From assembly GCA_964581685.1 (NCBI GenBank), contig CAZOPN010000002.1:29400-93399 (forward strand): a DNA stretch of 64,000 nucleotides. The letters are read 5' to 3'. Position numbers and translations under genes: made by a program. Below, piece by piece: positions 8,608 to 16,994 of the stretch (position 1 is its first letter; every line of letters starts with the position of its first letter). Source of the DNA: an uncultured Sangeribacter sp. GTDB taxonomy: Bacteria > Bacteroidota > Bacteroidia > Bacteroidales > Muribaculaceae. Below the pieces are notes generated by a model. It made no database searches, was not told where the DNA came from, and saw nothing but the letters and a program-made list of their open reading frames with translations.

Positions 8608-9285
8608 ATGAAAGTTTACACTGAAATCATAGGGAATATCAATAAGGATCCCGAGTGGAAAGAAAAACTTGAAAAAACTGAAGTCGATTATATTGTTCTT
8701 GATCAATGGACGGCGCAAAAGAGCCGTTTTTTAGGTAAAGGCATGAGCGGAGAAGAATATCCGATAGCTCTAAAGCGCCATACGCAAGTGGTAGATGGAG
8801 ATATCGTGGAGTATGATCCGGAATCAGGCAGGTCAGCGGTGCTTCGCATTGAACTTAATCCGGTGCTTGTGATTGATTTGGCTCCTCTGGCGGAACAAGA
8901 TCATGATACGATAATACGTCGCTCGGTAGAACTTGGGCACGCAATTGGAAATCAGCATTGGCCTGCGGTTGTGAAGGGGACAAAAGTATATGTTCCCCTT
9001 ACGGTCGATAAAAAAGTTATGCTAAGTGTGATGGAAACCCATCATCTTGAAGGAGTAAATTATGAGTTTCAGACAGGTCTTGATGTAATCCCTTATCTGG
9101 CTCCGCATGAGATCAGACGCTTATTCGGAGGAGCCGGTCAGGAGAGTCATTCTCATGAGGGTCATCATCATTCTCATGATGGGCATCCACATACTCATCC
9201 GGATCATCATCATTCCTCAGAATCTCATCCCCATACGCATATTCATTACGATGAAAACGGGAATCCGTATGAGCACACCCACTGA
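8608..9285 (+). CDS. ureE: Urease accessory protein UreE with His-rich tail
   Basis: 225 aa. The core LGHAIGNQHWPAVV is the UreE motif. C-terminal HSHEGHHHSHDGHPHTHPDHHHSSESHPHTHIH nickel-binding tail. Confidence 0.9.
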   Translation: MKVYTEIIGNINKDPEWKEKLEKTEVDYIVLDQWTAQKSRFLGKGMSGEEYPIALKRHTQVVDGDIVEYDPESGRSAVLRIELNPVLVIDLAPLAEQDHDTIIRRSVELGHAIGNQHWPAVVKGTKVYVPLTVDKKVMLSVMETHHLEGVNYEFQTGLDVIPYLAPHEIRRLFGGAGQESHSHEGHHHSHDGHPHTHPDHHHSSESHPHTHIHYDENGNPYEHTH

Positions 9286-9973
9286 TTCTTCCATGACAGC
9301 CTTATCAAGGTTGTTGCAGTTTACAGATTCGACGTTTCCTGTCGGTACTTTCTCCTTTTCCAATGGTCTTGAAACGGCTTCGTTTGAGAATATGGTCAAG
9401 GATGCAGCGACGCTTCAGCAGTTTACGTGGAGTCAGGCTCTACAGGCTGCATATAGCGACGGTGTGGTTGCTCTTCATGCACATAGAGCTTTTCTGAAGG
9501 GTGATTATGATTCTGTTGCTGTGGCCGACCGAATGTTGATGCTTTTTAAAATGAATGATGAAGCGCGGCTAATGCTCAAGCGTATGGGTAAGAAATTTGC
9601 TGAGCTGGCAGCAAAATTATTCGATAATGAAATAATCATGCGTTGGCTTGCAGATATTAAAGCAGACCTTGTTCCCGGCTCTTTCCCGGTTGCTCAGGGA
9701 TTAGCGTATGCGGCAGCCGGAGTTGATGAAAAAGCTCTTTTTTGCGCTCATCAGTATGGTGTAATGAATATGGTGCTTTCTGCGGCTTTGCGTTGTGTGA
9801 AAGTATCCCATTACGATACACAGAAGATTCTTTTTGATCTTTCGGAAAAGGTTGAAGATCTTTATGACGAAGCGTCTAAGATGGAATTGAAAGATATGAA
9901 TGCCTTTTTCCCGGAACTTGATATTCTTGCCTCACTCCATGAGAAGGGCAATATGCGAATGTTTATGAATTAA
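9269..9973 (+). CDS. ureF: Urease accessory protein UreF
   Basis: Start chosen at the ATG giving MSTPTDSSMTALSRLLQFTDSTFPVGTFSFSNGLE (UreF N-terminal motif). Overlaps the ureE end by 17 nt. The longer ORF from 9107 reads the ureE His-tail in another frame. Confidence 0.85.
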   Translation: MSTPTDSSMTALSRLLQFTDSTFPVGTFSFSNGLETASFENMVKDAATLQQFTWSQALQAAYSDGVVALHAHRAFLKGDYDSVAVADRMLMLFKMNDEARLMLKRMGKKFAELAAKLFDNEIIMRWLADIKADLVPGSFPVAQGLAYAAAGVDEKALFCAHQYGVMNMVLSAALRCVKVSHYDTQKILFDLSEKVEDLYDEASKMELKDMNAFFPELDILASLHEKGNMRMFMN

Positions 9974-10050
9974 AATATACGGTTGAAAGCAGGTATTAAT
10001 CGATTTATTCAATACCTCCTTATCTTTCCGGATTATTAAAGAATAAGAAT

Positions 10051-10674
10051 ATGTCACAGACATGTAGAATAGGAGTCGGCGGACCCGTCGGCTCAGGAAA
10101 GACAGCTTTGATAGAAGCAATTACGCCACGACTTCTTGAACTTGGCCAGAAAGTGCTTATCATCACAAATGATATCGTCACTACCGAGGATGCCAAACAT
10201 GTTCGTAAAACACTTAAGGGCGTTCTTCATGAAGATAAAATTATCGGCGTAGAGACCGGAGCATGTCCGCATACGGCAGTTCGGGAAGATCCTTCCATGA
10301 ATATTGCTGCCGTGGAGGAGATGGAAGAAAAATTTCCGGATACTGATATTGTACTTATCGAATCCGGAGGCGATAATCTTACATTGACATTCAGTCCGGC
10401 TCTTGTAGACTTTTTTATTTATGTTATTGATGTTGCCGCCGGCGATAAGATACCCCGAAAGGATGGCCCCGGCATATCTCAGAGCGATATACTCGTTATC
10501 AATAAGACAGATCTCGCCCCATACGTTAATGCATCTCTTGAGGTGATGGATCATGATTCAAAACTGATGCGTCCCGGCAAGCCATTTGTATTCACTAATT
10601 GTATGACCGGAGAGGGAATCGAGGAACTTGTGCAACTGATCTTCAAGATGGCTTTATTTGATAAGGCAGAATAA
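10051..10674 (+). CDS. ureG: Urease accessory GTPase UreG
   Basis: 207 aa. P-loop [21 protein letters not shown] and NKTDLAP motifs. Confidence 0.95.
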   Translation: MSQTCRIGVGGPVGSGKTALIEAITPRLLELGQKVLIITNDIVTTEDAKHVRKTLKGVLHEDKIIGVETGACPHTAVREDPSMNIAAVEEMEEKFPDTDIVLIESGGDNLTLTFSPALVDFFIYVIDVAAGDKIPRKDGPGISQSDILVINKTDLAPYVNASLEVMDHDSKLMRPGKPFVFTNCMTGEGIEELVQLIFKMALFDKAE

Positions 10675-10685
10675 TTTGCATCGAG

Positions 10686-11645
10686 ATGGAATTAAAAAAT
10701 GATAGAATCAAGACTGCGCTTGTGCCGGAAGTGGATTTTTCTTCGGCGCGAGAGATGCAGCCCTATCTTAAGGAACCTCCCCAGATGTATGTCGGTGCCC
10801 CCGGCAAACATGGATATCTTCGCCTCGGTTTCGAACTTGACGGAAACGGGAAGAGCATTTTGCGGGATCTTGACCGTCGTGTGCCCCTGATTGCACAGCA
10901 GGAGCTTTATTTCGATGAGGAGATGCCTTCAATGCCATGCCTGTATATTCTTTCGTCAGGCGGACCGAATGTAGATGGCGATCGTTATCAGCAGGATATA
11001 ACAGTGCGGAAGAATGCTTTTGCATGGATTTCAACCGGGGCGGCTACTAAACTCGCCGAAATGAAATATAATTATTCGGGAATGATTCAGAATATTGTTC
11101 TCGAAGAGGGTGCTTATCTTGAATTTATGCCGGAACCGGTGTTTCCCTGCCGGCATACTCGTTTCATCTGCGATACGCGACTTCAGGTAGATCCTACGGC
11201 TACAGTATTTTATTCGGAAATATATATGGGTGGCCGAAAGTATTATAAAAACGGTGAATTATTTGAATATGATATTCTTTCAGTCTGTAGCCATGGTGAG
11301 CGTCCGGATGGTGAGCAACTGTTCAGAGAGAAATTCGTAATTGATCCTAACGTTGTGCCGGTTCGTCAGCTTGGTGTAATGGGAGGGTATGATGTTTTTG
11401 CGAATGTTATTGTGATGACACCGAAAGAGCAGGCGGATAAGATTTATGCTGCTACCGCAGCGTATATCGACAGAAAGAATAAAATTGCCTGTGGAATCAC
11501 TCATCTTCCTAATGAGGCGGGACTTCTCTTTAAGGTTCTTGGTATGGAACCGGGTCCGGTAAAAGAGATTGTCCGCAATTTCTGTTCGACGGTCAGAATG
11601 ACCGTAAAAGGGAAACCTGTTCCTCCGGAGTTTCCGTGGCGTTAA
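10686..11645 (+). CDS. ureD: Urease accessory protein UreD/UreH
   Basis: 319 aa. Follows ureG by 11 nt and has the UreD-like pattern (LRLGFELDGNGKSILRDL...SSGGPNVDGDRY). Confidence 0.8.
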   Translation: MELKNDRIKTALVPEVDFSSAREMQPYLKEPPQMYVGAPGKHGYLRLGFELDGNGKSILRDLDRRVPLIAQQELYFDEEMPSMPCLYILSSGGPNVDGDRYQQDITVRKNAFAWISTGAATKLAEMKYNYSGMIQNIVLEEGAYLEFMPEPVFPCRHTRFICDTRLQVDPTATVFYSEIYMGGRKYYKNGELFEYDILSVCSHGERPDGEQLFREKFVIDPNVVPVRQLGVMGGYDVFANVIVMTPKEQADKIYAATAAYIDRKNKIACGITHLPNEAGLLFKVLGMEPGPVKEIVRNFCSTVRMTVKGKPVPPEFPWR

Positions 11646-11674
11646 GGCGGCATAGATTTTATGATTCGCTGCCT
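11645..11674 (+). repeat. Conserved stem-loop motif, copy a (AGGCGGC-N16-GCTGCCT), overlapping the ureD stop codon
   Basis: 7-bp stem with one G-T pair. The loop ATAGATTTTATGATTC is shared with copies at 15726-15755 (-) and 62124-62153 (+). Confidence 0.6.
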
Positions 11675-11699
11675 AAGTGAAATTATAAAAGTATAAATT

Positions 11700-11727
11700 G
11701 GGGGTGTTGAAAATTTTCAACACCCCC
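11700..11727. terminator. Bidirectional terminator between convergent ureD and ansA
   Basis: Perfect 28-nt palindrome GGGGGTGTTGAAAATTTTCAACACCCCC. Confidence 0.7.
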
Positions 11728-11810
11728 ACTTCATAACCGGGAGAAATAATTTCTCCCGTAGGATTCAATAAAACTATTTTATCTGATATACTTTCGCAGA
11801 ATGTAGAAAC

Positions 11811-12851
11811 TTAGTCTACGGTCATCTCTCCTACAACGGGAGTAGTCAGATAGTTGATAACATCATCTTTACTCATACCGCTGCCGAGGAGATACATCAA
11901 TTTGGTAACTGCAGCCTCTACTGTTATGTCGTAACCGGAAATTACCCCGGCTTTTGCAAGCATATCTCCTGTGTAATAACGTTTCTGCTCGTCACCTCCG
12001 TTAAGGCATTGAGTGACATTATAAATTATCAATCCACGGCTTACGGCATCTGTAAGAGCGTCGAGGAACCATTGTTCGGTGGGCGCATTCCCGGCACCGA
12101 ATGTACGTAGCACAACAGCTTTTATACCCGGTGTGGCGAGTTGAGCCTTAACAACATTTTCGGTAATTCCAGGATAGATCCACATTACAAGAATATTCGG
12201 GTCCATTGAATAGAAAGGATCAAGAGGAAGAGCTGTCTCATGTCTCATCAGATATGGTTTGGCATAATCGATGTGCAAATCAATTGTTCCGAGGACAGGA
12301 TAGTTGAAGCTCTTAAAGGCATGGAAGCCCGTGGAGGTAAATTTTGTTGAACGACATCCTCGAACAATATAGTCCTGGAATGAAATCACAACTTCCTGTA
12401 TCATCGGGTCGCCGTTTTCATCTTTGGCTGCTGCCACTTGCAAAGCAGAGATAAGATTTTCCGTACCATCCTCTCTGGTGTCACCAATTGGAAGCTGAGA
12501 ACCTGTTATGACAACCGGTTTGCGAAGATTACGAAGCATGAAAGCCAGAGCAGAAGCCGTATAAGCCATTGTGTCCGTACCATGAAGAACTACGAAGCCA
12601 TCAAAGTCATCATAATTATCGGCTATATCTTTTACAATCTGATTCCAATATGTTGGATTCATGTTCGACGAATCGATAGGTTGGGGGAATTGTACGCTCT
12701 TTATATCATACCCTAATTGTCCAACTTTAGGCACGTTGTCCATAAGGTGTGAAAAATCGAATGGTTGAAGCCCGTTGGCTGTTTCTACCATACCGATGGT
12801 GCCACCGGTATAGATGATGAGAATTCGGGGTTTTTGTGTTGTCTGTGTCAT
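11811..12851 (-). CDS. ansA: L-asparaginase, type I (cytoplasmic)
   Basis: 346 aa. ILIIYTGGTIGM catalytic-Thr motif, HGTDTMAYTASAL and ITGSQLP motifs. Confidence 0.9.
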   Translation of the reverse strand: MTQTTQKPRILIIYTGGTIGMVETANGLQPFDFSHLMDNVPKVGQLGYDIKSVQFPQPIDSSNMNPTYWNQIVKDIADNYDDFDGFVVLHGTDTMAYTASALAFMLRNLRKPVVITGSQLPIGDTREDGTENLISALQVAAAKDENGDPMIQEVVISFQDYIVRGCRSTKFTSTGFHAFKSFNYPVLGTIDLHIDYAKPYLMRHETALPLDPFYSMDPNILVMWIYPGITENVVKAQLATPGIKAVVLRTFGAGNAPTEQWFLDALTDAVSRGLIIYNVTQCLNGGDEQKRYYTGDMLAKAGVISGYDITVEAAVTKLMYLLGSGMSKDDVINYLTTPVVGEMTVD

Positions 12852-12914
12852 AGTATTTTTAATAATTTATTAAGATTTAATAGTTTATGATTGTTTTTAG
12901 CTTATATATTAGTT

Positions 12915-14240
12915 TTATTCGTAATATTTCTTACTCATTCCGAATACGAAGTGACGTGAACGGATAATCACGAATACAAGAACGATTGCTGATGCGATTC
13001 CAACAAATACGAAGGGGAACAGCGTGCTTGTAGGCTGATGGAAAATATATCTTGCTGCACCAATGATTACCGGTACAAGGGAGATTGCCACATAGTTTGC
13101 AACCTGAAGATAAGCGAGTGATAGAGTAGATTTGCTATCGCTTGTTACAACTTCGGTAGCCTTAGTGTAGAAGATTGGCTGAGCGATACCGTTTCCAAGA
13201 CCGCAAAGGGCGGAAGCGATAATGTATATTACGAAGTTGTGGGTAAAGATAAAGAGAACAAATGAACCCACAATCATGGAGGCTGCTACAATGAATGTTG
13301 TTTTACGGAAAAGCTTCATACAAGGAGTAAGTGCCAAACCGATAACGAACATTGCAAAGTAGAAAATCGACGTCATGGTTGAAGCTGCTTCTGCATCGAT
13401 CCACTTGATATTCGGCAGATAATAAGAAGGTATACATGTTGCAAAGACGAAGAAGAAGTATGCAAGAAGCAACCATATTGTCCTACCGATATAGAAGCCG
13501 CCTTTCACTTTCTGACCTGCTGTAGAGAAGCCGTCGGCATCAATTGCCGGAACAGTTGTGTTACTGCTGGCAGCATTTGTCGATTTTGTATTAGCTTCGG
13601 TAGCTGAGGTTGTGGCTGCTGTATTTGATGAGCTATCTGCTGAAGCGGGGTTGGCAGCGTAATCACTCTTTGGAATCTTATTAAGGAATGGAATAAGAAT
13701 AAGAGAAACCAAAGGCAGAAGGTAAACCAAGAAGGGGAGATGCCAGCTCTTGGCTGCAAGGAAACCTACAACAAAAGTAGCGACTACAAGGGCAACATTT
13801 CCGATTGCTGAGATTATACCCATCTGTTTCATACGGTATTTACCTGTAAACACGTCTGCGATAAGACCTGTGGAGAAGGGGAGAATCAAACCACATCCGG
13901 CTCCAAGAAGACAGCTGAGGAGAATCAGCATATTTAATGAACTGGAGAATATTGAGATCGCACCGGCTGCGATATAAAGGACAGTACCTGCAACTATAAC
14001 GGCAACCTTATGTTTTGTCTCTGAAAGTTTACCGGCTAACAGCACAAAAGGAATAATCACAAGGTTTGGAAGAACCGTCAGTAATTGTATTTTAAAGTCT
14101 GTTGCATCGTGAAATATGCTACGTAGTTGTCCTTCTATAGGAGTCACCGCCAGACCGGGAAGGTCTACGGCGAGCGATAATGACCAAATTGCGAGGACCA
14201 CCATTAGAGAAATGGGGCCTTTTCCTGTTTTAACTTGCAT
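12915..14240 (-). CDS. MFS transporter with Ser/Thr/Ala/Asn-rich central loop
   Basis: 441 aa, about 12 TM helices in a 6+6 layout. Central loop NPASADSSSNTAATTSATEANTKSTNAASSNTT. Sits between glsA and ansA with 71- and 63-nt gaps. Confidence 0.7.
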   Translation of the reverse strand: MQVKTGKGPISLMVVLAIWSLSLAVDLPGLAVTPIEGQLRSIFHDATDFKIQLLTVLPNLVIIPFVLLAGKLSETKHKVAVIVAGTVLYIAAGAISIFSSSLNMLILLSCLLGAGCGLILPFSTGLIADVFTGKYRMKQMGIISAIGNVALVVATFVVGFLAAKSWHLPFLVYLLPLVSLILIPFLNKIPKSDYAANPASADSSSNTAATTSATEANTKSTNAASSNTTVPAIDADGFSTAGQKVKGGFYIGRTIWLLLAYFFFVFATCIPSYYLPNIKWIDAEAASTMTSIFYFAMFVIGLALTPCMKLFRKTTFIVAASMIVGSFVLFIFTHNFVIYIIASALCGLGNGIAQPIFYTKATEVVTSDSKSTLSLAYLQVANYVAISLVPVIIGAARYIFHQPTSTLFPFVFVGIASAIVLVFVIIRSRHFVFGMSKKYYE

Positions 14241-14311
14241 AATATAGGGTTGTTAATAAAGGATATAAATATAATGTTAATTAGGAGGAGAGGGTAAAGC
14301 GAATTTGTTAT

Positions 14312-15277
14312 TTAGGCTGTGACTGTAACGCGATCACCATTGAATACACCAAGACCAAGTTTCTTCATGACGGCCTTTACTGCTGCCTGCGCTTTTACAG
14401 AGTTTCCGGCTTCATCCAATGGAGGTGCAAATGCTGCGATTCCCATAACGCCAGGCATAACTCCGAGGACGCCGCCACCAACACCACTCTTTGCCGGGAT
14501 ACCGGAAGTGTAGAGCCAGTCGCCGGTGTTCTGATAAAATCCGACAGAGGAGATAAGTGTAGTAATTTTCGGAGCGAGATCGGCTGCGAAAACCTGTTTT
14601 TTGGTAACGGGATTTAATCCTCCGTTGGCAATAGTGCCGGCACAGATTGCCAGTTGAGATGCGGTGATTCCTACAGAGCACTGACGCGTATAGAGATCGA
14701 GACTCATAGGAACATCATCGTATATACGGTTGTAATTCTTCAGCAACCATGCGATCGAACGGTTGTTGAAGTTGGTATCGGATTCTGATTTATAGAGTTC
14801 ATCAAGCACTTCCGAAGGAGAACCGCAAAGATCGGCTATATTATTGATAATGGCTTCCCATTTTCCCCATGAATCTCCTTTCGGTTCAACCATTGAACAA
14901 GCAGTGATTGCACCGGCGTTTACAAGAGGTGTAGATGGATGATCGTTTTCCAGAAGTATAGCGAAGATTGAATTGAATGGTAGTCCTGTCGCATCGGCTC
15001 CGATCTGTTTGAGTACTGCGTCTGCCCCTTTTTGTTTCAGTACAAGAATGGCCGTCAGAACTTTGGAAACTGATTCGATTCCGAATTTATAATCCGTATC
15101 GCCGATATTGAAGGTAGTTCCATCAAGAAGGGTTACGCTTATGCCAAAAAGATCCGGATTAACATTTGCAAGGAAGGGAATGTAATCTGCATTGTGTCCG
15201 CCTTTAATGTCTTTGCATTCTGCATAGGCTTCTTCAACCGCCGCTTTGATTTGGGCGTGTGTAATTGTTTTATCCAT
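14312..15277 (-). CDS. glsA: Glutaminase A
   Basis: Start set at MDKTITHAQIKAAVEEAY; the ORF track extends 18 codons further, to 15331. Motifs ADYIPFLANV, ESVSKV, NPLVNAGAI and IPAKSGVGGG are typical of glutaminase. Confidence 0.88.
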   Translation of the reverse strand: MDKTITHAQIKAAVEEAYAECKDIKGGHNADYIPFLANVNPDLFGISVTLLDGTTFNIGDTDYKFGIESVSKVLTAILVLKQKGADAVLKQIGADATGLPFNSIFAILLENDHPSTPLVNAGAITACSMVEPKGDSWGKWEAIINNIADLCGSPSEVLDELYKSESDTNFNNRSIAWLLKNYNRIYDDVPMSLDLYTRQCSVGITASQLAICAGTIANGGLNPVTKKQVFAADLAPKITTLISSVGFYQNTGDWLYTSGIPAKSGVGGGVLGVMPGVMGIAAFAPPLDEAGNSVKAQAAVKAVMKKLGLGVFNGDRVTVTA

Positions 15278-15633
15278 AATAGTTAAATTAAGATTATGTG
15301 TGTGTTTCAAATGAAGTAAAAATGACTTCATTCCGATTAGTTAAAAATCGTGTGTGTTAATTTTTATTGATTTTTATAATTTAAACATAACAATTTTTAA
15401 AATGTTCAAAAAAATTAGAATAATTATATTTAAAAATTTTGTATAAATTTATATTTCAATAAATTAACTTATAATTTAAATTCTTTTACTGCCTCCCGAA
15501 TGCAGCTCTGATTTTATTAAGGCCCTGTTTCATAAAAATTGCACCCCGATGACACCCATTTTTTTGAGACTTGTTTAAATATTATTGTTGAAGATTTTAA
15601 ATCAGGCCCTTTATGCAGACCCTCTCTTACAAA

Positions 15634-15677
15634 CTATGAGGCCGTTTCAAAATTCTAATTTTGAAACGGCCTCATAG
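15634..15677 (-). terminator. Long hairpin terminator downstream of the 15755-16249 gene
   Basis: 21-nt arms CTATGAGGCCGTTTCAAAATT / AATTTTGAAACGGCCTCATAG. Confidence 0.65.
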
Positions 15678-15725
15678 TGAAGATATATCTGGTAAAAATC
15701 GTTCGAATTTTATTATAAAATTCTA

Positions 15726-15755
15726 AGGCTGCGAATCATAAAATATTTGCTACCT
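15726..15755 (-). repeat. Conserved stem-loop motif, copy b, overlapping the stop codon of the lipoprotein gene
   Basis: The minus strand reads TA-AGGTAGC-AAATATTTTATGATTC-GCAGCCT, a stem with one wobble and one mismatch. Confidence 0.5.
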
Positions 15756-16249
15756 TATTTGTCTAAGAGGTTGGTTATACGCGTAAGCCCCTCTGACGCA
15801 GAGAATGTGGTTAGTGGTGTTCGTTCGAATGCCACCTTCACTGTTTTGCCGGCTTTTTCTAAAATAAGAGTATCCGTTTCTTCTGAACCGGCTTTAACAC
15901 AAACGGGAGTATCCTTGATTGTCGTAGCCGTATATACGGAATCTGTTTTTTCAAAGGGTGCTTTTAGAGAGAGTGTGGCTTTGAAATTTGTGCGGTTACC
16001 ATTTTCGTATACGTATACTACAGGATTTTTTTCATCGAGAGCATAAATTATTCGTCCGTCAAATTTCATTCGGTTTTTCATGGAATCCATATATTGGAAT
16101 GAAAGGGCACGGTATTCTCCATTCTTAACCGGTTGCTCTTCCATAACAACCGATTCTTCAGAATCACTATTCCCGGATTTGTTTCCTCCGCACGCAACCA
16201 TAATCAATGCTAACGGTAAGGCTAAAATAAAATTTTTCATGTCTGTCAT
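15755..16249 (-). CDS. Hypothetical lipoprotein
   Basis: 164 aa. Lipobox LALIMVAC-GGNKSG. Its start overlaps the stop of the upstream FNT gene by 4 nt. Confidence 0.6.
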   Translation of the reverse strand: MTDMKNFILALPLALIMVACGGNKSGNSDSEESVVMEEQPVKNGEYRALSFQYMDSMKNRMKFDGRIIYALDEKNPVVYVYENGNRTNFKATLSLKAPFEKTDSVYTATTIKDTPVCVKAGSEETDTLILEKAGKTVKVAFERTPLTTFSASEGLTRITNLLDK

Positions 16250-16908
16250 TTATTGGGTTTAATCAATTCAGGTGAAGACTCTTCAGGTAGGCGTGATTCA
16301 AATATTGGATCGTGTGCTCCGGGGGCAAAAAAACGGTAGAAGTTGCACCCCAGAAAATTTCCGGCAACGATACAAATATAGAACGCTATGATCTGAGAGA
16401 GATTTTGTGAAATATATTCAATTCCAGCTGCTGAGATATAGAAAGCATCCGCAACACAGTGAGGAAGTCCGCACAGGATGAAGAGTGGAACTCCAAATAG
16501 AAGTGGAAGCCAGTTGTTTTTAGCCGCACTTTGCACGGCTGTTGTCATGATCATTCCGCAAAATAATGATAAAAGTCCGCAACGAAGCGGCCCTTTATCA
16601 AGACGTAAGTCGATAATTGAGGCTGCTTTTTCAGCGAGTTCAGGCGTATCGACTATAGTGGCCACAAACATACATCCGATAAAATTGAGTACAAGCATCG
16701 TTAGCAGACGCGTACCGGCCACTCGGGAATTATACCATACGAATTGTGCTTTCCCGGTGAAAAGGTTAAGACCCAGTGAGATTACGGCAAGAAGGCCGAA
16801 TGCGAACAGGCATGCCCCGATCACACCTCCCACGTTCAGGTAAACACAGCCGGCCAGCCCAATGCTGATACCTGCAAAAATCGATTTAAAGATAAAGGTT
16901 TTGTCCAT
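16246..16908 (-). CDS. Formate/nitrite transporter (FNT) family channel, short form
   Basis: 220 aa with 6 TM helices. NLFTGK matches the FNT ELFTGN motif, GLPHCVADAF matches GFEHSIANMF with the conserved central His, and AGNFLG matches the GNxxGG motif. Confidence 0.65.
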   Translation of the reverse strand: MDKTFIFKSIFAGISIGLAGCVYLNVGGVIGACLFAFGLLAVISLGLNLFTGKAQFVWYNSRVAGTRLLTMLVLNFIGCMFVATIVDTPELAEKAASIIDLRLDKGPLRCGLLSLFCGMIMTTAVQSAAKNNWLPLLFGVPLFILCGLPHCVADAFYISAAGIEYISQNLSQIIAFYICIVAGNFLGCNFYRFFAPGAHDPIFESRLPEESSPELIKPNK

Positions 16909-16935
16909 TATTGAAAGGGAAATTGAAAATATGAT

Positions 16936-16970
16936 TTTGCAAAGATAGCAATTGTAATTAATTTTGCAAA
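16936..16970. promoter_or_regulatory. Compact divergent promoter pair built from two TTTGCAAA palindromes
   Basis: Plus strand: TTTG 16936-16939, 19-nt spacer, TAATTTTG 16959-16966, driving the gene at 16995. Minus strand: TTTG 16970-16967, 19-nt spacer, TATCTTTG 16947-16940, driving the gene starting at 16908. Confidence 0.5.
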
Positions 16971-16994
16971 ACCACTCTTGGAGTCGAACAATAG

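Noticed and set aside
9107-9268. 54-codon N-terminal extension of the ureF ORF (MRSDAYSEEPVRRVILMRVIIILMMG...).
   Set aside because: It is the alternative-frame reading of the His-codon-rich ureE tail. The conserved UreF sequence begins at the ATG at 9269.
15278-15331. 18-codon extension of glsA (MKSFLLHLKHTHNLNLTI).
   Set aside because: Glutaminase homology begins at MDKTITHAQIK, and the extension is low-complexity. The start remains uncertain without proteomics.
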